A DNA stretch of 64,000 bases from Oscillospiraceae bacterium (lineage in GTDB: Bacteria; Bacillota; Clostridia; Oscillospirales; Oscillospiraceae): positions 27,320-91,319 of the forward strand of contig CADAAM010000001.1 of NCBI GenBank assembly GCA_902785905.1. The letters run 5' to 3'. The notes under the pieces are model-generated. The model was not told the origin of the DNA and ran no database searches. It saw nothing but the letters and a program-made list of their open reading frames with translations. Position numbers and translations under genes: made by a program. Positions 51,815 to 58,887 of the stretch are shown here, piece after piece. Numbering within the stretch: the stretch's first letter is position 1; each line of letters begins with the position of its first letter.

Positions 51815-53504
51815 CGGCATACGGGTTCTTGAGGGCCATCATGGCGCATTGTTTGGCAAGCCTGATGTTTTCCTCCGTCACGCCGACGCATGGGCCGCAT
51901 CCTCCCGGTGGCGCCTTTTCCGCCGCCCATTCATCTGTAGGCATAAACTGCAGACCGTAAAGTGCAGGCAGTTCCCTGCACAGCTCGGCAATACGGCCTG
52001 CCGCCGCATAACCCGCTGCGAGCGGTCCGATCCCCTGCTGCAGGTGTCCGCCGGTGTCTTTGGCGAAATAGCCGCTGTCGCCGGTTTCCGCTGCAAAGGA
52101 GCAGGTGCGAAGATTCTGGACAGCAGTACCACCGGGCAGAACCGCGCTGATGTAGGGCGTATCCATCGCCCTCTCAGCGAAGTCGGCAATCATCTGAAAA
52201 TGCCGGTTGGAGCGCTCCATCTCCGTTTCGCCCTCCATCCAGTCATCCAGCCAGGGATCTCCCGGCTTGCGCGCCTGGGCAATGTTATACACAAGCAGCG
52301 CGGGATAGCGTATATAATCCGTGACAAGCGCGGCGAAATCGCAAAGGCCCGTAAAGTCATGAAGGTTTTCCACACTCTGCTGCAGAATGATCATGTCCCA
52401 TTCATATCGATCAAGTGCCTTCTGCGGGGTATAGGGTTCGGGCTCGCTGACCCACTTCCCCACTGTACTGCGATATTCGCTGTAGCGCTCGTACTCTGCC
52501 GGGATTCCGCGTCCCGCGTTGCCGCCGTTGAATTTTTCCGTGTGCCGCGCCAGAGTGCAGCCGCCGTCATAGCAGATGCCCATGACGATCTCCGTCTCCG
52601 GCATCATCTCTTCCAGGAGCATCGGCAGGTATTCCAGCGTACTGTATGTGAAGGAATTGCCGAAAGCCAGGATGCGCAGTACCGGGCGGATCTGCCGGTC
52701 CAGCGGCAGGGCGTCGCGGCAGGTAAAGCTTTTGATTCTTCCCGTATCCGCCCAAATGATGTTGGCGCCCTGGTTGCTCAACAGCGGAACGCAGTCCACG
52801 TAATATTCCTGCGGCTCCTCCAGCTCGTAGCTGATCATAACCGGGTTTTCGGCAAACCACGCGCCGGCCGCTTCCTTTGAGGTAAACACGGCCTGGTTCT
52901 TGAGGCAGACGTCGATCCCGCCGCTTGTTTTGGAAATAAAAAGATCGTAATTGTCCCAGGTTGCCGTCGTCTCCAAGGTATAGAAGCGATCGCACAGCAG
53001 GGTTTTCAGCTCTTCGTCGGTGTTCAGGGACTGGAGACCGATTCCCGGAAGCCTGACGGTTACGATTCTGCGATCGGCATTGATGCCGGCAATATCCTCC
53101 TGCCCCTGCAGGAGCTTTCCGGCACGGGTAACAATCAGCCGCCCGTTGATCGCGTCGTAGGTGCCCCCCAGAACGATGCCCGCCTCCTCGGGAAATTCCA
53201 CCGTGTAAATCCTCGTCTCGACGCTTTCGTCCCCGGCATGCATGATCTGACAGGCCCTGTAGCCGTTGATGGTGCGGGGATTGTCCGGGGAAGGCGTTCC
53301 GCTGCCCTCCACGCTCTCACTGATTTCCACGACAAATTCTCTGGGCGGCAGGCCGCCTCTCTCGTCATAAAACAGCACCTTTTCCGTGTTCTCAAAATGT
53401 CTGTCCTCCTCTGCGGGCACCTGCCCGGCACAGGCGGGGCAGCAGCCGAGCTGGATCAGAATGCTGAGCAGGATCAGCAGAACAGTCCATTTTCTTTTTG
53501 GCAT
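51786..53504 (-). CDS. Secreted protein with C-terminal DUF4886/SGNH-hydrolase-like domain
   Basis: Signal peptide MPKRKWTVLLILLSILIQLGCC and the ILAFGNSFTYSTLEYLP motif typical of DUF4886. The ATG at 53504 follows GGGGAG. Confidence 0.5.
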   Translation of the reverse strand: MPKRKWTVLLILLSILIQLGCCPACAGQVPAEEDRHFENTEKVLFYDERGGLPPREFVVEISESVEGSGTPSPDNPRTINGYRACQIMHAGDESVETRIYTVEFPEEAGIVLGGTYDAINGRLIVTRAGKLLQGQEDIAGINADRRIVTVRLPGIGLQSLNTDEELKTLLCDRFYTLETTATWDNYDLFISKTSGGIDVCLKNQAVFTSKEAAGAWFAENPVMISYELEEPQEYYVDCVPLLSNQGANIIWADTGRIKSFTCRDALPLDRQIRPVLRILAFGNSFTYSTLEYLPMLLEEMMPETEIVMGICYDGGCTLARHTEKFNGGNAGRGIPAEYERYSEYRSTVGKWVSEPEPYTPQKALDRYEWDMIILQQSVENLHDFTGLCDFAALVTDYIRYPALLVYNIAQARKPGDPWLDDWMEGETEMERSNRHFQMIADFAERAMDTPYISAVLPGGTAVQNLRTCSFAAETGDSGYFAKDTGGHLQQGIGPLAAGYAAAGRIAELCRELPALYGLQFMPTDEWAAEKAPPGGCGPCVGVTEENIRLAKQCAMMALKNPYAVTDCSVWER

Positions 53505-53511
53505 GAGCAAA

Positions 53512-54939
53512 TCACTCCCCGGTTATTTCATTTCTCAGAAGCGGCAAGTCCTCCAGCGTGAGGACGGCGTCACTGTCATAGACTTTGCGCAGCATTTCGG
53601 GTTCGGTATATTCTGGCGAATACGTACCGTTTTTCACCACATACTCTTCATTCCAGGTGCAGAACCAGGACCAGTGGACATTGGCCTGCAGGCACCGATC
53701 AATATCCGGGACAACGCCGTTTTCCGTCAGTGCCGCGATCTTTCCTTTCCCGGGATATTCGGTCAGCTCCGTAAATCTATCCGTCAGAGGACCGTATTGA
53801 CGGGGCAGCGTATAGACGTCCACCCCGACGATATCCACATAGTCGTCTCCCGGATACCAGTCCGGATCCTGACAATTGCAGACCCAGATCAGATTGTTGC
53901 AGTGATAGACGTCGGTAAGCATCTCATACAGCAGGATCCAGAGCTGCTTATAGGCCTCCGGTCCGGCCGCCCCCCACCAGAACCAGCCGCCCGACGCCTC
54001 ATGGAGCGGCCGCCACAGGATTGGGACCCCTGCCGCCTCCAGACGCTTGAGCTGAACGGCAATGGCTCCGATGTCCTGCAGGAGGGCCTGCATGCCGTCG
54101 GGGTCCTCTCCGTTCAGGGCGCGTTCGAGATCAAAGGTGCAGTTCTCCTTCAAATAACCGTGCCACCACGGTATCTCGCTTACGCCCTGGCCGACAGGCA
54201 GTATCGTATCGGGCGGCGCAGTCCAGTGCCAGGAAAAGGTGACGATCCCGCCGTGCTCATGGTACTCGATGGCGCGGTCCACGCTTTCGCCCTGCCTTGT
54301 CATAAAAGCCTGCCTGCTCGGGGTATAATCGGCCATATCCAGCCCGAGCAGCGCCGGATGCTTCCCCGTGAGCGCATGGATTGCGGTGATCTCCTTGCTG
54401 TTGAGCCCGTCCGGCGCGTATTGTCCGGACAGAGTATACTTTCCGTAACAGTCCTGCAGGAAGCGGTACAGCGCTTTTGTCTCCTCCGTGGCATTTGAGT
54501 TGCAGAGCGCTGACGTCACCGCATAGTCGCTGTCAGGGACAGGCTCTGCCCGCGTCACCGCGACGTTGTCCAGGTAAAACCAGCCCCAGCCCTCCTGTAC
54601 GCGCAGCTCATGCTCTCCCGCGGTGAGAGCCGTCCTGTACAGAACGTCGGAGCCGTACACGCCATCCGGGCATCGTATCTCTCCGATTTGAACGTCGTCC
54701 ACAAATACATAATTTATTTTTTCGTTGCCGATCCCCTTCCCGATAAAGGTCAAATCGTAAAATCCGTCCTGCGGCGCCTCAATGTGAAACACGACGCAGT
54801 CACCCTTCGAGGAGAATCGGCCGACCGCCCTTCCCCTGGAGGCGTCACCGTCCTCCACAATCTCATTGCTTCCCGTCAGGGTCGCCTGCTCCGCCTCATA
54901 AACCGCGTCCTCTGCCGCAGCGAAGCAGCTTGAAAGCAT
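53512..54939 (-). CDS. GH26 beta-mannanase with N-terminal carbohydrate-binding module; the signal peptide is in another frame upstream
   Basis: CBM6/35-like AVYEAEQATLTG...YLDNVAV. GH26 motifs FSWHW and WRPLHEASGGWFWWG. See the finding on 54937-55042. Confidence 0.8.
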   Translation of the reverse strand: MLSSCFAAAEDAVYEAEQATLTGSNEIVEDGDASRGRAVGRFSSKGDCVVFHIEAPQDGFYDLTFIGKGIGNEKINYVFVDDVQIGEIRCPDGVYGSDVLYRTALTAGEHELRVQEGWGWFYLDNVAVTRAEPVPDSDYAVTSALCNSNATEETKALYRFLQDCYGKYTLSGQYAPDGLNSKEITAIHALTGKHPALLGLDMADYTPSRQAFMTRQGESVDRAIEYHEHGGIVTFSWHWTAPPDTILPVGQGVSEIPWWHGYLKENCTFDLERALNGEDPDGMQALLQDIGAIAVQLKRLEAAGVPILWRPLHEASGGWFWWGAAGPEAYKQLWILLYEMLTDVYHCNNLIWVCNCQDPDWYPGDDYVDIVGVDVYTLPRQYGPLTDRFTELTEYPGKGKIAALTENGVVPDIDRCLQANVHWSWFCTWNEEYVVKNGTYSPEYTEPEMLRKVYDSDAVLTLEDLPLLRNEITGE

Positions 54940-55207
54940 CAGTGCCAGGACGAAAAGGGCAATGCCGAAACAGGTGCGCAGAAGCCGGCCGCCTTTCCCT
55001 GTGCGCTCCGATTCGTAAAAAACAGCGTTTTGCAGTCCTCATACCCCCTCTCATTTATGCTGTTTAGTTTACCTCTTTTCTCTGTAAAAGTAAAGCCGTC
55101 ATACGTCATAATAACATACAAAATTCCTGAGAAACATCCCGGCCTGTACGTTAGTCGCAAAGGCGCAAGAACATGTTCGTTATGCGGAAAATCAAGGCCT
55201 CATTGTC

Positions 55208-55236
55208 TTGAAAAGCACGCCCCGGCATGTTATAAT
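55208..55236 (+). promoter_or_regulatory. Sigma-A-like promoter
   Basis: TTGAAA, a 17-nt spacer, then TATAAT. It lies about 330 nt upstream of the next start codon. Confidence 0.5.
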
Positions 55237-55568
55237 TAGTTTTGTATGCAGACTTGACGTGCTGTCACCGTACTGTCTGCGCGCGGGATACGCCCATGTA
55301 CAGAATGAAGTCTGCCCGGAGAACGAAAAAGGATATTCCGTTTTTATACCGGGTGATAATGGTATTATCACCTCTGTATGTCAGATTGGTTGGGTGATTC
55401 GGCATATAGCGGGGACTTTTGCCGCGGGATTGCTTTCCCGGAAGAACGAATCGTCTCACACCGAAAGCGTCTGTTTTTCCCCAGGCCATCGGAGGACAGG
55501 GACAAGCACCCTGTCCTCGGGCCGACATGCGGAGATCGCCCTCTATATAAATGGTTTTGAGGTATGAA

Positions 55569-57143
55569 ATGAGAAGATTGATCTATATTCTTGTCGTTTT
55601 TATTCTGATCGGCGGTATTATTCTGACTGCCTATGCGCCGGATGATGTCTCCACCGTGTTCATCGTGATGATGGAGGTCATTGTGTTTGCCGGGGTCATA
55701 CTCGGCATTTTCCCCGTGCTGCAGTATTACCGCGCTCTTGAAATCGGACTTGAGAACATTGAGCGGGCGCTGGAGGTACAGACAAGCTCTACCTGGTCGG
55801 TCATGGCACAGATTGAGGACTTTTTCCATCAGCGCACCATGGACGATATTTTTCATGACTATCAGGAAAAGATTCAGATCCAGCGGGACTCCGGGCAGGT
55901 TCTGACTGATATTGAAGACTACCTCAACGAGGATGTGCTGGCGCTGAGAAGCTGGCAGAACATTATCGCGCAGATTCCGGGCACATTGACCGGTCTCGGC
56001 ATCCTGGGCACGTTCATCGGCCTGATCATCGGTATCCGCGGCATCGGCTTCAGCTCGGTTGAAATTGCGCTGACCAGTGTGCAGACGCTTCTGTCCGGTA
56101 TTCAGGTGGCTTTCTATACCTCCATCGCGGGCATGATCCTGTCCCTGATCTTCAATATCACCTACCGTATCTCCTGGAATATGCTTCGGAGAAATCTGGG
56201 GCTGTTCATCGACGAATTTCATAAGAACGTTATTCCGCCCGTGGGCGACCAGATCCGTTACCGCGACCAGAAGCAGGCCAAGCAGATTACCGAGCTGCTG
56301 GAGCGTCTGCCGAAGAACCAGGGCTTCTCGGCCGCGGGCGGTCAGATCGGCGGCGGCGCAAACGTGCAGAACAGCGGGAATGAGCAGATCCTGATGCCTC
56401 AGATCCTTGACGGCCTGCGAAACGGCGAGTTTATCTTCTTTCTGCAGTCCAAATATGATCTGAACACGCGCAGGGTGATCGGCGGCGAGGCTCTCGTACG
56501 TTGGAATCACGGCAAGCTCGGCATGGTCTCGCCCTCCGTGTTCATCCCCATTCTGGAGAACAACGGCTATATCACGAAGCTCGACCGATATATCTGGGAG
56601 AGTGTGTGCGCCACCATCCGCCGCTGGATAGACAACGGCATACGTCCGGTCCCCCTGGCTATCAACGCCACCAAGACCGATGTCCTGGCCATGGACATTG
56701 CGGGCTTCTTTGAAGAAATGATCAAAAAGTACCGCATTCCGCCGCGCTGTCTTGAGATTGAGATTGCGGAGAACGCATATCTCGAGTCCCCGCAATCCGT
56801 TCTTGAGGCGGAGACCAAACTGCGTCAAACGGGCTTCCGTGTCATCGTGGACGGCTTCAACGGGGATTACATCTCCCTCAGCGCGATTGAGTCGCTGTCG
56901 GCGGATATCCTCAAGCTCGATCTTCGCCGCTTTGACGGGCGGCAGAATCAGGGCGCGCTCAGCGCCGTGTTTGACCAGGCCAGAAGACTGAAAATGTCTG
57001 TCGCGGTGGAAGGTATCGAAAGCATGGAGCAGTTGTCCATGCTCCGCAAGTGCGGCTGCTCGGAGGGGCAGGGTTTCTATCTGTCCAAGCCGCTTCCCCT
57101 GGATGAGTTTGAAAAGCAGATTACCGGAGGAAGCGGCAAATGA
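55569..57143 (+). CDS. MotA/TolQ/ExbB-like ion channel domain fused to a C-terminal EAL (c-di-GMP phosphodiesterase-type) domain
   Basis: Four TM helices. The last two (IAQIPGTLTGLGILGTFIGLIIGI and VAFYTSIAGMILSLIFNITY) fit the MotA/ExbB/TolQ signature. A Gly-rich linker follows, then EAL motifs EALVRW, AINAT, EIEIAEN, VDGFNGDY, KLD, VEGIE and GQGFY. The ATG at 55569 follows GAGG. The ORF track starts at 55551. Confidence 0.75.
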   Translation: MRRLIYILVVFILIGGIILTAYAPDDVSTVFIVMMEVIVFAGVILGIFPVLQYYRALEIGLENIERALEVQTSSTWSVMAQIEDFFHQRTMDDIFHDYQEKIQIQRDSGQVLTDIEDYLNEDVLALRSWQNIIAQIPGTLTGLGILGTFIGLIIGIRGIGFSSVEIALTSVQTLLSGIQVAFYTSIAGMILSLIFNITYRISWNMLRRNLGLFIDEFHKNVIPPVGDQIRYRDQKQAKQITELLERLPKNQGFSAAGGQIGGGANVQNSGNEQILMPQILDGLRNGEFIFFLQSKYDLNTRRVIGGEALVRWNHGKLGMVSPSVFIPILENNGYITKLDRYIWESVCATIRRWIDNGIRPVPLAINATKTDVLAMDIAGFFEEMIKKYRIPPRCLEIEIAENAYLESPQSVLEAETKLRQTGFRVIVDGFNGDYISLSAIESLSADILKLDLRRFDGRQNQGALSAVFDQARRLKMSVAVEGIESMEQLSMLRKCGCSEGQGFYLSKPLPLDEFEKQITGGSGK

Positions 57144-58834
57144 AGCGGAAGAAAAATCATAATGACGAGGGGCTGAACTTCTGGCAGCCGGCATCCGATA
57201 TGTTCAGCGCGCTGATGATGATCCTGATGCTGATCATTCTGCTTCTTTGTCTTTATCTTGTACATATTCCCGACAACAGCCAGATTGATCCCTGGTACGG
57301 TGATGAGGAGGGCGGCAGCTGGGACGAGGACGGACGCCCGACGCCCACCATGATCGTCTGGTCGGACGACGACGGGGGCGGCGGGCACACCTTCACACCC
57401 GAACCGACGCCGACACCCACGCCCACGCCAACTCCCACACCGACGCCTACGCCAACTCCCGATCTCCCCGGCAGCGGCGGCGGAGGCGGCGGCGGTACCG
57501 GCGGCGGAAACGGAGCGGGCGAAGGCCCCGGCGACAAGCCGGATACGGGTCTCAAGTCCGCCGTATACGTCATGCTTGTAGACGCGGAAACAGACCGCAC
57601 CATCAAGGAGCCGAATGTGCAATTCGAGCTTTACGGCGGTGAAAACAACGCCCTCCAGATTCTCAACACCTACTATCCTGAACGGCTCTCCTTCCGTTTC
57701 TATGAGACCACCGAGGCCGGGACCTTCTTCTTCCCGGAAAAGCTGATGCTCGGCTCTTATGAGCTGCACGAGCTCTCCGAGCCGGAGGGCTACGACATAT
57801 CCCAGAACATTCCTTTCCTTCTGGCGGACACCTATGATTGGGAGGATCCCTTCGTTGTGCGCGTTCCGGTGATGCCCTCAAAGAATGTCGTCCGCATACA
57901 CATGGTGGACGCCGCGACAGGGCGCAGCATTTCCGGCGGCAGTTTCGATGTCGTTGCAGCCGCAAACATCATCACCGCAGACGGCACGCTGCGCTGTCGT
58001 GTGGGGCAGGTAGTTGACGAGCTTGTCTGCGATGAAGAGGGATTTGCCGAAAGCACGCCTCTCTATCTCGGACAATACGTTCTCCGGCAGCGTGAGATCC
58101 CCCAGTACTACGCAGGGATTTTGGAGGAGACACCGGTTGCGGTCGAAAAGGCATCCAAGGTTGCGGCCGTGCCGGAGGTTGTCTCCAGTGCGCGCATGCG
58201 GCTTCGCTTTAAGCTGACGGATGAGCTGAATGCCTCCCCCATCTCCGGCGTCCCCTTTGAGATCGTCTCAGGCCGCGGCGAGCATCTGGAAGCCGTAACC
58301 GCTGCGGACGGCAGCTTCACGCTCGACGCCCTCGACAAAGGGACAAACTATCGCATCCGCCAGCTTGATACGGTTGGAAGCTATCGCATCACGACGCCGG
58401 AAACCATTGTCCAGATCGACCCGCTCGGCTATGTCGACGGGGAGGCGGAAAGCGTTGTTGAGGGTACCAACCGCATGATCCGCGTCCAGATCGGCATTAC
58501 GCCCGAATTCGGCAAGGTACAGATCCCCGGCATCAATCTGGCCCTGTACTCGCCCCAGAATGAGCTGATCCGCACCTGGACCACTACCGGGACCGAAGCG
58601 GTCTTCGATTCCCTCGTACCGGGTTCCTACTATGTTGTCAAGGGCTCCGACAAGGAAACCCGCTATGATATCCGCATACTGGATACCGCCGAAGTCCAGC
58701 AGATCATGCTGCACGACAGCTTTACGGTACACTATGTGATCTACGGCGCAGCGCTGCTTCTGTCGATCGGTCTGATCATTCTTCTGGTCACGCGGATCCG
58801 CAGGAAGAGAAAAAAACGGCAAAGCGCCGCATAA
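57140..58834 (+). CDS. MotB/ExbD-like N-terminal TM anchor, PT/Gly linker, four Cna-B/SpaA-like Ig-fold repeats, C-terminal TM helix
   Basis: ATGA overlap with the upstream gene. The N-terminal FWQPASDMFSALMMILMLIILLL resembles the MotB TM helix with its invariant Asp. Then come the (TP)n run, a Gly run and four repeats of about 95 aa with the pattern v.v..vD..t...i.g..f.l....G.....l..G.Y.l.E...P.GY. The C terminus is YGAALLLSIGLIILLVTRIRRKRKKR. There is no OmpA-like domain and no LPXTG motif. Confidence 0.7.
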   Translation: MKRKKNHNDEGLNFWQPASDMFSALMMILMLIILLLCLYLVHIPDNSQIDPWYGDEEGGSWDEDGRPTPTMIVWSDDDGGGGHTFTPEPTPTPTPTPTPTPTPTPTPDLPGSGGGGGGGTGGGNGAGEGPGDKPDTGLKSAVYVMLVDAETDRTIKEPNVQFELYGGENNALQILNTYYPERLSFRFYETTEAGTFFFPEKLMLGSYELHELSEPEGYDISQNIPFLLADTYDWEDPFVVRVPVMPSKNVVRIHMVDAATGRSISGGSFDVVAAANIITADGTLRCRVGQVVDELVCDEEGFAESTPLYLGQYVLRQREIPQYYAGILEETPVAVEKASKVAAVPEVVSSARMRLRFKLTDELNASPISGVPFEIVSGRGEHLEAVTAADGSFTLDALDKGTNYRIRQLDTVGSYRITTPETIVQIDPLGYVDGEAESVVEGTNRMIRVQIGITPEFGKVQIPGINLALYSPQNELIRTWTTTGTEAVFDSLVPGSYYVVKGSDKETRYDIRILDTAEVQQIMLHDSFTVHYVIYGAALLLSIGLIILLVTRIRRKRKKRQSAA

Positions 58835-58887
58835 CAGGACGCTTTCGCGTCCGAAAGCCAAGCTTAACTATCAGGAGGTGACGATCC

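Noticed and set aside
55243-55568. c-di-GMP riboswitch (GEMM-I/II) in the leader of the MotA-EAL gene
   Set aside because: Only a loose ACAGGGACAAGC resemblance to the GEMM-I 5' block was seen. The GGGACGCAAAGCC core and paired helices were not found by eye. A covariance-model search is needed before any call.
57395-57470. Repetitive acgcc/acacc DNA that might be taken for a tandem repeat or CRISPR-like array
   Set aside because: It is in frame inside the 564-aa ORF and encodes a (Thr-Pro)n linker. There is no spacer-repeat organisation.
55569-58834. Zorya-type anti-phage system (ZorAB), a flagellar stator, or ExbBD/TolQR
   Set aside because: There are no ZorC/ZorD-like genes, no long coiled-coil tail on the A subunit and no peptidoglycan-binding domain on the B subunit. 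There are no TonB/TolA/Pal or flagellar genes nearby. The EAL fusion and Ig-like repeats do not fit any of these systems, so it is reported as a separate candidate.
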